Positions 12,377 through 25,039 of a stretch of DNA of 64,000 bases are shown one piece after another. Source of the DNA: Raillietiella orientalis (taxonomy: Eukaryota); assembly GCA_036172245.1 (NCBI GenBank), contig JAYWIR010000038.1, forward strand, positions 1,302,001 to 1,366,000, read 5' to 3'. The notes beneath the pieces are model-generated. The model ran no database searches and was not told where the DNA came from. It was given only the letters and a program-made list of their open reading frames with translations. Positions within the stretch are counted from its first letter, which is position 1. Every line of letters starts with the position of its first letter. Position numbers and translations under genes: made by a program.

Positions 12377-13909
12377 AGGCGCACGGCGATGTGCGGCGCG
12401 GCGCGCGGTCCTCTGAGCGTGCACGCCGGGACGGACGACGGCAGCTGGATGAGGTGAAATAGGAAGGCGCGTCCTCCCCGGACACCTGCGCGCGCGATCG
12501 CAAATCTCCTTGCCTCCGTCCTCTCCTGTGCTGTCGGCCGGCCTCGATTCGGGAAAACTCCGGTTCAAGGAGCAGCCTGACAGCCCGCCATCGCCGCCCG
12601 CCACGGTACGGCGCTGCCCGAGCGTCTAGGGCGCGCGCGCAGGTCGCGGAGAGAAAAAAAGGCGACGGAAGGAAAGAGGGGGAGGAGACGGGAAGGGAGG
12701 AGGGAGAAAGAAAGAAAAAGAAAAGGGGGATCTCCCGTTTTTTCTGGCATCCGAGCAAAAAGACGAGACAGACAAAAAGGAGGGGGGGGGGGGGAGAGGA
12801 AAAATAGGACCAAGAGAGGACTTGCAAATGCAAGAAGGAACGCACGCTGAAAGGGCGTCGCCCTCTCGGGAAAGTTTCCTGCCTTTTGTCGCATGCGCTT
12901 TCCTTGAGGACGACCCTTCTCCTCGTGGGTGCGGCGCTGCTGGAGGCGGCGGCCGACCGAAGTCGCCTCTCCCCCGTCCGGTGGGGCGCCCCCCCTCCGG
13001 CGGAAGTGATCTCTTGCAAGCGGTGGTGCGGGAGGGCTCTCTGCGCGGGGCGGGAAGCCGCCAGTCGTCCAGACGACTGGCTCCCCGACAGAAGCAGTGT
13101 GACGCGGGGGCGTCAGGTGGCGTTCCGCAGCCTCCTGAGCGAACCGACCGTTGGTCCTCCGTTCCGCACGAGTCTCCGCTCCCTCCGCTCGTCCCAGCAA
13201 GTCTTACTACTGATCCGCATCCCTCCATCCCGTCCCCTACCCCGCGGCGCTCATTTCGGTTCAGGTTTCAGAGACTCCGCTGGTCCCTGACGCGGAAGGT
13301 CGCGAGGTCACGTGCACTCCTGCTCCTCCCGGACAGGCGCGCAGAGTGTTCCCTCAGGGACGAGCGAGAGCGTCAGTCGAGGGCACATCCGTTGGAGGCG
13401 ATCCTCTTACGGTCCATCCCCTCCCCTTTCCCCTTGGGCTGCAGAGGAGAGGGCGAGACTTTCCTACTCAGGATCCTGGAAGACAGGGGACGCTGGAAAG
13501 CGTCCCCTGTCTTCCAGGATCTGGACCTGGCTCCCTCGGGATCGCCAGGTCGGCAAATGCAAGGGGATGCGCATCCGAGCGCCTTTCGGTTGGGAGTGGC
13601 GAGATGGAGGAAAGAAGAGGGGAGAGGTGGGATAAAAATGGGCGCAGAAAAGAGGGAGAAGGAGGAAGGGAAGCTTTGTCTCCGGTAGGTGGCGGGAAGC
13701 ATGCAGGAGCGCGGCACCAGCATCCCGGCTTACCGGCGGTTACGTCCTCACTCTGACTCCGCGTGCTCGGGGAGCGGACAGGGAGAAGAAGGGGCAGGTC
13801 GAAGAGAGGTCATAGCAGCCTCTTTCCGCAGTGCATCCCCATCCCGTCCTCTCACCCTTTCTTTTGTCCCTCCCCTCTCCTTCCTCAGGGACGCGCGATC
13901 CCGCGCCTC

Positions 13910-14280
13910 TAACTCTTCCCTCCTCTTTCCGGAGGACGCCTGTTCGAGTCCGAGGGCACCTGATGCGGGGAGACAACGGTTCGGACTTCCGGAAGGGCAG
14001 GAATGGTGTCGGCGGCGGAGAGGACGAAATGCCATGGCGGCTGCCCCTGCGATCCAAGGGCCGAGACTGACGCGCGTCTCTTCGGCTTAGCTGCTGCCTT
14101 TCCGGACTTTCTTTCCCGGGTTTTTTACTTTTGGGTTCTCGAGGGGTGCCGAAGGAGAAGCGCGGAGGAGGGCGGGGCTGTGGGCCGCCCCTCCCGCAGA
14201 TGGCGGCGGTGCAGATCCCGGCGGGGCAGATGCCCCGCCTAGCCTTTCACGAAACTCGGGGCTGGCCGTTCCTCTGCTGC
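13910..14280 (+). repeat. Dispersed repeat family B, copy 1
   Basis: Collinear similarity with 19150-19500: tcctctttccggagg, ccgagggcac, gccgaaggag, cccctcccg, ggggcagatgc, cgaaactcggggctggccgttc. Confidence 0.75.
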
Positions 14281-14499
14281 CTCCTCCGGCGTCTTGAGGG
14301 TGCCACCGCGTCCCGTCGGTCTCAGAGCGTCGTGCCATGGGTCAACCGTTCCGCCCTCCCTCGAACCCTCCGGGACCAACGCGGTACCCCTGCGAGACGA
14401 ACCTCCAGGCTCGTCGGAACGAACGGCGGTCCCGAAGGCGGGTGACTCCCGAAGGGCATTCAGGATGACTGGGGGCGGGTCTCTTCTGGGAAAAGGGTG

Positions 14500-15800
14500 A
14501 AGGAGAGCACGGCAACTGCTCCTCCGCTCCAGCCCTCTCCTTTTTCTTTTCGGGTTTCCTTCTTTTTTGGTTCCCAAGGAGTGCTGAAAGACCGTCCGTC
14601 TCCTCAAGGAGGGACACACGCAGCTCTTCAGCACCGTCCACGCCGCCCGAGGGTGCGTGCTGACTTCCAGTTAGGAGGGACCACCTATGAATCCAGGAAG
14701 GAGTCTGCTCCTCTCACGCCTGAGGAGAGGAACCCCGAAGTCCCCAAAGTTCACCTTGGTTTTGTCTTCGAAGAGAACCAGGAAGGGAAGGATTTCTTCC
14801 TTGCTCTATCCGGAGGGACTTCCGGAAATGATCCGCTCCTGGAATTTCTTCTCCGGAGGGAAACCGCGAGGTGAGGAAACTGCTCCCCGGTTCCTCCTCT
14901 GAGGAGCACCTCTCGAAGGGAGCAGCGCTCTTCTCGCTACTCTGGAGAGGCGGACGACCCCCATGGGGGGCATCGATCGGCTCCACGGTACGCGATGGCA
15001 CGGCTCCCTCTTCGCCACCGGAGGGGAACCCCGAAGGGCTCCTCGATTCCCGGAACGACCCCGCACGGTTCACTTCTTATCCCGGCCAGTGGGCGGGGAC
15101 ATCCAGCTTCCTTCCCACCAGTGCCTCACCCGGAACCAACCGAGGCCAACCAACGCTCTCCTGCGAGGGGGGAGCGAAACCCACAACACACCCCCATTTC
15201 TCCGGAGGTCGATCCTTCCCTGGGAGGGATTCGAACCCGGAGGCTGCGCGATAAGCTCGCAGCGAGGGCGCCGAAGGAAACCACTTCTTCCTTGTTCCCT
15301 CTGGAGGGGGTCGTTTCTGGAATTTCTCCTCCGGAGGGAAACCGCGAGGGAACCGCTCCCCGATTCCTCCTCCTCCGAAGACAATCCCGAAGGGATGCTT
15401 CCCCATTTCTGTGTGGGGCGGCGCTCCCTGAAGGGAGTAGCGCTCTTCTCCCTGATACTCTGAAGAAGCGACCCCCCGAGGGGGTGTATCAGCCAGCTCC
15501 ATGGTGCGGCTCCCTTTTCGCAACCGGAGGGGGATTCCGAAGGGCTCTTTGATTCCGGGAAGGAACCCGCAGGGTCGGCTTCCAGTCCCGGCCGGTCAAA
15601 GGGGGCATCCGGCTCCTTCCACCAGTGCCGCCCCGAAAGCTACCCGAGGCCAACCAGCGCCATCTCGCGGGGAAGAAGGGAGGGGGTGGAATCGCAAACC
15701 CAGAACGCACCTCGACGTCGATCCTTCCCCGGATGGGATTCGAACCTGCGACTCCAGTTGCGGCGAGCGCGCCTAGGCCGCAGCCGCGAGGCCGACGATG
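14500..15800 (-). mobile_element. Head-to-tail dimer of SINE family A on the minus strand
   Basis: Two minus-strand B-boxes (~15227-15238 and 15735-15746) and the same dimer junction as 7410-8725, but with its own diverged head (15747-15800) and tail (14500-14620). Confidence 0.85.
14621..15746 (-). repeat. Right arm of the ~1.13 kb near-identical inverted repeat
   Basis: Reverse complement of 7453-8587 with scattered substitutions, a 6-nt indel near one end and a 3-nt indel near the other. Confidence 0.97.
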
Positions 15801-16799
15801 CTCTCCACCTTCTCGAATCTCCTCCTGTGTTTCTCAGTATGAGCCTGAGGGAGCGAGGAGTGGAAGGGGAGTGGGGTCGTTCACCGCTCGCGGTTCGGAT
15901 CCCGGGAGAGAGGTGAGAGGGGGAGGCAGCCCACGCGACGGCTTCCTGACGAGCGCAATCTGTCCGGCACGAGCCACGCGACGACGGCGGAGCCCGGAGA
16001 AGGAGGAGGAAGGAGGGGAAGGTGTCGTGGGAAAAGTCCTCTGCCATTACGGAGACGTCGTGACTTCCTGCTCTGGGGCGGGTGCCAATCAATGGCTGAC
16101 CACTCGGCGCCCCCTTCGAGACGAGAGCGTCGGTCCATCCCTTGCATCGCCGGAAGACGCTCGCGCGTTTCCCCTCACCGAAGGGCGCGAGGCGGCGGGG
16201 TCGCCGTCGCCATTACGGGCGGCCCGCGAAAGCCGGTTCGTGACCAGGGGAGCCGGGGTGTCCTTTCGGACCCGTCCATCCTCCCTCCGAGGGAGTCTCC
16301 TTCCGGGCGCCCCGGGCGAAGGCGGAAGGCCGAGTCGTGCCGCGAGCGCGCGTTTCCGGTGCGCTTCGCTCCACTTGGCGCGTGGCTCGGGGGCGGGGCT
16401 CGGGCACCCGCGCCGCCGTGCGTGGTCGGACGCGGGGTCGTCTAGGCCCAGAGGCGATGACGCGCGCGAGGCGAAGGACGCGTCCTCCCGCAGTCGCCGG
16501 GGATTCCAGACTCGTCCGGAGGACCTCAAGGCTTTTCCCTCCTTCGTAAGAGATCGCGGGCCCGCAGCTGGAGGGGAGCTCTCTCTGGGCGTCCTGGATA
16601 CTCCAGCGCGTGGGAAGCGGAACCACCATGGGACCGCATGGAAGCTCTCCGCCTCTTCGAAATTTCCCGGCGACCGGGGGGCGCTGCCGCCGTTTCCACC
16701 GAAGCTCCACTCTCGGTAGGAGACTTGTGTATCGCGAGCGGACCTTCTTCTAGGGCCGCACAGTAGCTCCTCAGCATCTGGAGCGTTCCCGGGGGGACG

Positions 16800-17090
16800 T
16801 CACGGCCACTCCTGGACCAACCCGCCATCGTCATGATAGTCGTCGCTGCTGACCGTTTCACGGACCCGTGGTTGCAGAAAGCTGCGGAACGCAGCGACCC
16901 CGTGAGAAGAGCCGGGTCGATGCTCTTCGTCGTGCGGTAGTCGCGGCCTGATCAAGGGGTGGCAGCGGGCTTGCCACGTGCCCGAGGGCATGTGACTCCC
17001 GAGGAGGAATCCGAGCCTCTCCCGAAGAGTTGTCGTAAAAGAGGATGCCGTTATACTCGCAGGTAGCGTCGGTGCTACAAGAGTGCTCTC
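16800..17090 (-). mobile_element. Possible extreme 3' end of an L1/Tx1 ORF2
   Basis: GTWQARCHPLI in ORF 16800..17093 resembles the IWxxRxxxxF C-terminal motif. Same strand as, and downstream of, the 18350-23700 remnant. Confidence 0.3.
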
Positions 17091-17480
17091 CACGGAGATG
17101 ATTTATTCCACGCCTTTTCTTCTTTGCTCCCCCCCCTTCCATCCCGTCTTGCTGTCGGTCCCGAGCTCGCGCGTCTCCGCGAGCATCCTTCCCACAGCCT
17201 GGGGCAAAAGAAAATTCCCCGCGGTGCTCCTTGGAAATCCGTCTCGGTTTCCCGACTTCCTTTTCGGAAGCCGGGAAGCCGGGAGGACTTCATTCTCGGG
17301 CCAGCTGCGCTGCGCCAGCGGCAGCTGGCCTGAGAGGCAGACCGGGTTGACTGTCGGCGCACTCCGGGGCTTCGGCTGCGGAACTCTGCGACGTCACTCC
17401 GGACGCCTGCTGGCGAGTGGGACCCACGGATCGGAGCTAATGAACGGGAAGGTTCCGCACAAACTTCTGGACCCAGGAAA

Positions 17481-18350
17481 CGGCCCACGTTGGTGGCCGC
17501 GTGGCTGCAGCCCCGAGCGTCGCGGGTTCGAATCCCGCCCGGGGCCAAGGATCGGCACTGAGAATGGGGGAGGGGAGGGAGGGAGTTGTGGGTTTCGAGT
17601 CCCTCCCCCTCGGGACGCGCATGCTGGCCTTGGGTATCGGGAGACGGCACTGGTGGAAGCCAGATTCCCCTGTTGAGTGGCAGGAACTGGAATTTGACCC
17701 TCCGGGGTCCTTCCAGGATTCAACGAGCCCTTCGAGGTTTCCCTCTGGTTGTGAAAATGGAACCATCCCCTTCCCCTCCTCGAAGAGGACCCTCCTTTGC
17801 ATACCATGGAGCTGGCTGATGCCCCCCTTGTGGGTTGTCTTTCCAGAGAGCAAGAAGCGTGCTGCTTCCTTGGGGGAGTGCCCTCCAGAGAAATTGGGAA
17901 GCGTCGCTGTTTCCAAGGGAGGAGTAACAAGGACCGTTTCTCATGCGGGTGTACTCCGGGGAACAAATTCCGGGAGCAGATCCCTTCCGGGTTCCCTTCG
18001 GAGAAGAAACAAGGAGTGTCCCCCTCTACATGGAATTCCTCTGGAGAGCATAGGGTAGAAGGTTCCTTCGGGGTTCCTTTCCCAAGCGTGAGAGAGGAAA
18101 GGATTCCCTTCTCCGGAGCCTTCCTACGTTCATTGGGTGGTCCCCTCTCAGTGTACCTCCTATAAATTGAAGTCAGCACGCCCCCTTGGGTGGTGTGGAC
18201 GGTTCTTCACGAGCTCCATGCTCCCCTTTCCCCCCTAAGGGAGTGGACGGTTCTTCAGCACTCCTTGAGAAACAAAAAGGACAAAAGCGGAAAAAAAGGG
18301 AGAAAATCTGGGAGAAAGCAGCGGGAGCAGAACCTTCAAAGACCTCCATC
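17481..18350 (+). mobile_element. SINE family A copy, full length
   Basis: Head cggcccacgttggtggccgcgtggctgcag, B-box GGTTCGAATCCC at ~17525, complete body, tail ending gaaccttcaaagacctccatcatcc. Confidence 0.9.
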
Positions 18351-19149
18351 ATCCACTCTGCATGTAAGAGTTTGGCTGGAGATAAGCGCGCAGCTCTTCG
18401 CAAGCGGCGACGCTGCTGAGAGGCGCCTGGAGTCCACCCCGGGGATCCAGGAGGGCCTTTGCTGCCCCTTTGCCGGCCGAAGGCGATGAGGAGGCGTCCG
18501 CTCGGCCTCCCCTTTCCGTGTTCCTGCTCCTTCTGAGAGTCCGTGTTTCTTTCTGACTCTCCTTTGTGACCGAAGACTGGGAGAGAGGTTGCAGTGGGCT
18601 CGTGCTCCAGGGAAGAGGTCGCGGTTCCTGAAGGCGAGGAGCGGGCATTGCAATGGTCAGGCGGAGGGCGCAGTCGGCTCCGAAGCAGGTCGCAGCAGCC
18701 GCAAGTTCTTCCCCCTCGTCCTGCTGTGGAGCCGTTCCGGAGTTGCCAAAGGAACTGCCGAGGAGGGATTTTTCACGGCTTCGACCGTTCCTTCGACGCG
18801 TGCATCCTGGACATTGACCGGATCTGCTTCCCTGGCGTCCGTCTGGAAGCGGAAGAGTCTTCAGGGTTCTTGGCGGATCTTCCAGCCATCCAGAATGGCT
18901 GCTGGAATCCCAGAGGCGCCCTTTCGGAGCGTTTTCAGCACCATTATTTCTGCACCATCCTCTCGAACCGTCTTTGCATCCCTCAGGACCTCAGGAGGCC
19001 AATTCCAAGGAGGAGTTCTGCTGGAACGCGGTTCCACCCAGAAACCGAAATTAAACCTTTCCTAGGGGTGGGAGGGAACGTCTGCTTCGTAGTGCGTGGT
19101 CCACGTGCTGTGGTCCCATGCCTCGAACTCTTCTCTCCTTCTCCCCCAC

Positions 19150-19500
19150 CTCCTCCTCCCTTTCTCCTCTTTCCGGAGGGCTTCCGTTTGGGACCGAGGG
19201 CACTATGCAGAGGTTCCCGGCAGAGGAGGGTTCACTCTCTCCGGACAGGCGCCCCGCTCGCCTCCCACTCGATTCGCCTTGGCCTGAGAAGCCCTCGCGG
19301 AATCCAGTCGCGCCGATCTTGGAGGATGGGGGGAACGAGAAACTCCTGTCGAGAGCCGAAGGAGGAGCGCAGAGGTGGATGAGGCCGCGAGCCACCCCTC
19401 CCGTAGGTGATGACGGCGCGGATCCTAGCGCTGCTCAGGTGGGGCAGATGCGCCGCCTCGCCTTCCTCGAAACTCGGGGCTGGCCGTTCTATCGTTGTGC
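19150..19500 (+). repeat. Dispersed repeat family B, copy 2
   Basis: Collinear similarity with 13910-14280; lies within the L1 remnant. Confidence 0.75.
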
Positions 19501-21022
19501 TTCCGTCTTTTGCTTTCGTCCACACCTACCAGGAAGAGGGAAGGCGGAAGAAGAAGAGAGGAACTTGCCTCTCGCGCGCGTCTTCTCTGCCGTTCGGACG
19601 TGCACACAGCCTGGAAAGCGCTCACCGCCCATCTTCCAGGCGGCTCCTCTTCTATGATGCCGCAATCGCCAAGCTTTCCGCCTCTCATCACTCCCCCACT
19701 ACCTCGCCGTTTTCCGGGCACCCAACGGACACCAGCGCAGAGTTCAGGAAGCGAGGCTGTTTCCAGGCTGGTTGGGCAGCTCCCCACCGAAATCCTGGAA
19801 CGCTCGGTGGATTCTACGAGCAAGGGATCGCGTGTTGAATCCATCCAGCTGCGGAGGCACGTGTTCTCACAAAAATAAGTGCGTTCCTGAGAGGCACCCT
19901 TTGCCCTAGGGGGGCGCGAATGTCCAGCTGGTCGCGAATGGACCTGCCGCTCAGAGGATTCGGGAGATGCAGCCCGAAAAAAGAGAAAGAGACAGAGAGA
20001 GAAAATTCATCTCGCGTGGTGCTCCTGCAGCCGCTTGGCTTCTTTCCACCGCACTGCACCCGAGGTGTCGGATGAGCACCGAACGCGTGTGCTGCATCTG
20101 CGGTGTCGCTCTTCCCGAAGCTCGCACTTGCCTTCGGCCACCTCTTTCTCTGGACAGAGGAATGGCGATGCCCTTGCTTTTGGTGATGGTAACCTCTTGC
20201 TGGTCTTAGTGGTGAGCTCAAGGTGGGAAAAGATCCCTGCAAGTCAACGTGCGGTCCAGCGTGCGCAGCGCTCCGGGATGCATGCTGCAAGCTCAGGGCA
20301 GACTGCCGGCTTGCACTTCAGGCACGTGGCCCATTCTTGAGGGCAGACGGCTACTTCCAAGAGCTTAGCCTCGTAAAGAGGGTGGAGGGGAGGGTAAGAT
20401 GAAGAAGCCGGACCAACTGTGGAGAGGTAGGGGAGGACCCCTTCCCTCCCTTGGAGTGTCAAATACATTTACAGTCTCCAAGGCTCACGGATACATGATG
20501 CCATTGGATCCATCCTTTCTTCCTACGGAGTGACACGATGCCTTTCGCTGCGCCAACCGCCCGCCTGGATGCTGTGAGCGCGGAGTTCCACGTCATCGAC
20601 CAATTCTAGCCGCATTGCGGAGAAACATGCAGCTGAAAAGAGCGGACACGGTTTCCTCCTCCTGCAGTGACCCACTACGTGACTGCCCGACAAGCGGGTC
20701 TGCTCGCCTGCGCTTCGAGCTGGTCCGTTAAAGTGACTCGCGCATCGGCGTCTTCCTGCGCACTCGTTCGGATCTCGCTCCCTTCCCACGGCACCCGTGA
20801 ATCCCGCTTCCCGGAATCGTCAGCCGGGAATCAGGACCGCTGTATTTTCGCGGATGCGTCAGCAGGATCTTTCCTAAAGGTGCATCAGCTTCTTTCGTTT
20901 CTTGATCCCATCTTGCGGATGCATCTTCTGTCAAAGGAGCCTCCAATCGGTTCGCTTGGGGTCTCCACTGGATGCAACTTCCATCGCCACCAAGCGGGAA
21001 CACCTTGAAGTCCTCGGCAGCC

Positions 21023-21835
21023 GATGGAAACCCCCTTTGGGTTTTTTGTTTTGTTTTGTTTTTCCATTCGCCGAGGGCCGAAGAACCATCCACCTCCTTA
21101 GAGGCAGCTCACGGAGCTCTTCTTTAACATTGTCTACTCCATCCGGAGGTGCGTGTGACTCTTCGAGTCAGGGTGTGACACCGGGGGGACCACCCTATGA
21201 ATCCAGGAAGGGCTCCGGAAGAAGGAGTCTGTTCCTTTTACTCTTGATAGGGAATCCCGAAGGGAACCCTCACCCTGGTTGTCTCCGAAGGGAGCCCCGA
21301 AGGGAACCATCTCTTCCTAATTCTCTCTGGAGGGTGCCTGTCCTGGAATTTTTTCTCCGAAGGTGAACTGCAAGAGAACTGCTCCCTGTTTCCTCCTCTG
21401 AAGAGAACCCCGAGGGGCCGCGTCCACGTTTCTCGAAAAGGTTGCTCCCCCAGAGTAGGAAGGTATCAACCCCCCGAAGGGATATCAAGCAGCTCCATAG
21501 CACGCGACAGAGGCTCTTTTCATGAGGTGGAAGACGACTCCCTTTTCACAACCGAAGGGTAACCCCGAAGAGTTGTCCTGGAAGGATCCCGGAGGGTCAA
21601 CTTCCAGTCCCAGTTAGTCAACGTGGAATCCGCTCCGGCGTCTGCCAATGCCGCCGCATCCAGATCCGGTAGGCCAACCAGCTTCACTCTGCAAGAGGGA
21701 GGTAGGACTCGAAAGCCACGACGCGCTCCCCATTTCTCTGCGTCGGCACTTCCCCGGAGGGATTCGAACCCGCTACGTTCGGTGGTGCCGCCAGCGCGGA
21801 GACTGCAGCCGCACAGCCGCCAACGCAGGCTGAGA
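21023..21835 (-). mobile_element. SINE family A copy, full length
   Basis: Minus-strand head gcctgcgttggcggctgtgcggctgcagtctccgcg, B-box (GGGATTCGAACC on + at ~21759-21770), family body and A-rich tail. Confidence 0.9.
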
Positions 21836-24800
21836 TGAGATGACTTTTCGGGAGTACTGGCTCTTGAGGAGCTCAAGGTAATGGAAGGATGGGGAGGGGC
21901 ACAGGGCGGAGGAATTCCAGGGTTTTACTCGTTGAGGTGAGGATCTCAGCTGGTTGTTGTCAGCAGCGGTGATGGGAGCTTGCAGAGCGAAGAAGATCGA
22001 AGGAAAGACTTTCGCCTGATGAAGAAGCTCGCGTGTCCTTCCTTCAACGACTTCAACGACGATGGAAAGGATTTACAACTTCAGTAGGTCGCGATGAATT
22101 CTCACAAGACTGGATAACGAGGGGAGTTGTGGCGGCTGGCTTGTAGAATTTCTGTCCGCAGGGGCGGGGGGGCAAGGAGAAGCGAAACTCTTCGAGCAGT
22201 AGCACTGCAACTCCTGATGAGCTGGAAGGGTGGGCTGCGAGTGAAGATGAACCGCGATTCCGCGTCGACAGCTGGTGGCTGAGCCGCTGAAAGAAGCGCC
22301 ATCGCAGCTGAGACCTTCACTGCCAATTGCACGGGGCACGTCGTGTGCATTGAAAGAAAAAAAAGGAGATCAGCGCAGGGACAACAGACGGTCTGCTTGG
22401 ATGCTCGCCGACCCTTCGCCGATCTGCCTGGAACGTCTCTTCCATGAGAAGGAAGGAAGGTCGCTGGGTTGAGACCAAGCAGAGCCGTTGCCGTCGGCAG
22501 CGAGGGAGAGGCCCCCGGAGCGCCAAGCGCAGGGCACCAAGCAGTCGCCACGGAGCGACTTCATCCCCTGCTGGTTTGCTGTCGAAACGAATCGCAGGTA
22601 CGTCTGCTTGTCAGAGCTCCCCGCTAGAAGCTCTCGCTCGGTTGGATCTTCACAGAATCATATTGGGGGATGAGCAAAGAGTGCTGAAGCTGCAGAATAG
22701 AGGGAGGCCCAGTTCTGAGGTGGCCTGTCCCCCCACCTCTGCATCCGACCATCCTTCTATGCGCTGTCCATGTGGGTAGCTGCCGTCGTCCCCGAAAAAG
22801 TCCGTTCACCTCTTAAGCTTGCACGCTTGTAGAAGCAAAGGGAGCAGCCATCGGGGAAAGAGTGCATTCTCTCCTCTCCAAGCGTTTCTTCCTTAAAATT
22901 GACCTCCCAGCGCAGCTTTGAAGTTTCTCTCGGGGGGAAATCCATTCTGACCTGAAGTGTGGTCAAAGAACGACAAATCGAGCGTTTGCAGCTACCAGCT
23001 GCCAGAAATTCTTCCTAGGAAGATGTGCCGTGCTACGATGCTGAACAAATACCTGCAAGCTTTCCCCTTAGGAAGAGAACCTCCTTCATCCTGTAAGCTT
23101 CTTCGGAAATCCTTTGAGATGACAACTATCCGGGAATAAAATCGGGAGATTCTATTTTGTGGATCCCGTGCTGACCATTTCGGCACCGCTGTCCAGCACG
23201 GCCTGAACTCCGAGTCTGCATCCTTTCTCTTGTGAACTGGATCCAAAGGAACATAAACAGGTCAAATGGACGTCCAGCACATCTGAAAGGAAGCAGGGAG
23301 TCGGTCGTTTCTATCCACCTTCGATTCATTTTGGTCATGATCCTCGAAGGCATCTCCGGGTGGTCAATTGGACTCCTTCTGAGACGTGGGAAGGGAAGGG
23401 TTGCCCTGAAGCTTTGCTTTACCCTTCCTCAAAGCTCGAGGGGTCACAGACCTTCGCGTTTCCTCACTTCGGTTCGCACCTGGAACGCTCTTTGGAACGG
23501 AGGCCTCCCTCCCAGGAGGCACCTTCGATGGCACGACACCGATTGCTGGAACTCTCCAGAAGGGAGTGTCGAGTCAGACGAACCTCGGACTGCTCGGGCG
23601 CGAAACCAAGCGCTCATGAAGTGGACCGGATTCTTTTCCAGATCTCACCAGCATCCGAGAGACAAGAGCAGATTTCGCATATAGCGGAGTGTCTGCGTGC
23701 AGACCGCGGCGCGGCGTTGATGACGAAAGCGCGCGAGGTACTGCTGCTGCCGCTGCTGCCAAACACAGTATCGTACGGGCAGCAGCAGAACAAGAAACGC
23801 TCTAATCGCAATCTGATAGCAACCTTGGTAACAGCAGCACTATAAAAGCATACCAAGATACAGACGACGCCCGCGATTACGAGCTGATTGCTACCTAGAC
23901 CACGGTCATAAGTCAGGGTCGTAAATCAGAACTGACCTCATAGAGGAAAAGCCATCCTGCGCCGGGGAGTTCTGCTAATGGAAATCCACTCCTATTCGTT
24001 TTTGTTTTCTAAAAATATCAAAACTGACTGCGGGAATAAATCAGGGTCAAGAGAGAAACACTTGACACACGTGCATTTACAAACAATCTGCAAAAAAGTT
24101 GCAGGAAAAGGACGTGAAATTGAAAAGATCATTGCCCATTGAGGATCGTCGCGCGACAGAAGAATTCGAAGGCAACGGAGAGTACAGCAGCGCGGCGGAG
24201 CGGCAATAAGACGGCCGTAAAGTGGAAGGTTTTATCCCCCATCTCTCATCGGAGGAACGGTGGGCGTGTGAAGAGTCTTAATTGGGAGAGGCTGGGAATT
24301 CGAGATTGGCTGCACCATGGGGACTGCAGCGCTCCACTACGAGAGGAATCAGGGTGCGCACAGCACGGCGATGCCTTCTATTTGAAGGCGCGACCACCAC
24401 CGTTCGGCGGAGCGCGTCGTCGTCATCATGTGATAGGGAAGGGGACAAGGAGGGAGGCATGGGAATTCCCCCTCCGTGGTTTCGTGAGCCGCCTCCGACG
24501 CCGTCCCCACAAGAACGCGGGGACCTTCCTTTCTTCTCACCGGGTGCTCAATTAGCCGCAGCACGAGAGGGTCTCTGGAAGAGTTCCCTTCTCTGCTAAT
24601 GAGGACCCCTTTCAGATGATCTTACGTTTCGTTGCAGAATCTGGTTCTGTCATAAATGGAAAGAGTCCGCAAACTCCCCCATCCATCCTGTGGAGCCTCT
24701 GCAGGAAGCGCGGCAGATCCGAACGAATCCTTTCCCCCTCCTCTCCCTCCCCGCTCTGGGCATTCTCGCTCGAAGGCGCGGAGCGAGTGGAAGGGGGGCA

Positions 24801-25039
24801 GGAAGGAGAAGGAGAGATGGCGGCGGTCGGATTCGGCATTCCAGAGGCTCACCGGGGGCAGAAAGGGGTTTTCCCGCCTGTGGGCTCCGGGAAGCGGAGA
24901 GGACGGACACGAGATGGCCGGCCCCATCTCTGGAGGATCCCTGCTCTCCTGAGACACGTTCTAGGCAACTGTCTCAGGGAGATAATGCATGTCGCTGATG
25001 GAAGAGATAAGGGTTGAAGGGATCACGGATCCATTTTTC

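Larger units (their letters stand above)
18350..23700 (-). mobile_element. Degenerate L1/Tx1-type ORF2, split by a SINE A copy (21023-21835) and a family B repeat (~19070-19560)
   Basis: Ordered minus-strand relics: QNRISRFYS (~SRIDRFY, ~23130-23165), SFFDH (~FSDH, ~22960), PLRTEILQASRHNSPRYPVL*EF (~EIxxA..KSPGxDGLxxEFY, ~22100-22165), CRGLQGVP (~RGVRQGCP, ~21000), LYEAKLLEVAVCP (~SKLWY, ~20340-20380), LPSPKAR (~LPKxxGG, ~20180), KIPPRQFLWQL...TCGCC (pre-CCHC region, ~18690-18775). Confidence 0.65.

Noticed and set aside
7453..15746. Composite or foldback DNA transposon with 1.1 kb terminal inverted repeats
   Set aside because: The arms are internal parts of SINEs, no transposase relic was seen in the spacer, and no target-site duplication was evident.
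16040..16100. Promoter-like cluster (ACTTCCTG, GGGGCGGG, CCAAT)
   Set aside because: Short motifs are common in GC-rich DNA, and no downstream gene was identified.
17481..17545. GGTTCGAATCCC words as tRNA genes
   Set aside because: No full cloverleaf seen; each is followed by the same long repeat body, so they are SINE heads.
20610..20670. EEETVSALFSC read as an L1 CCHC finger
   Set aside because: It lacks the Cys/His ligands, and its position between the RT relics and the later SKLW-like motif fits the RT region instead.
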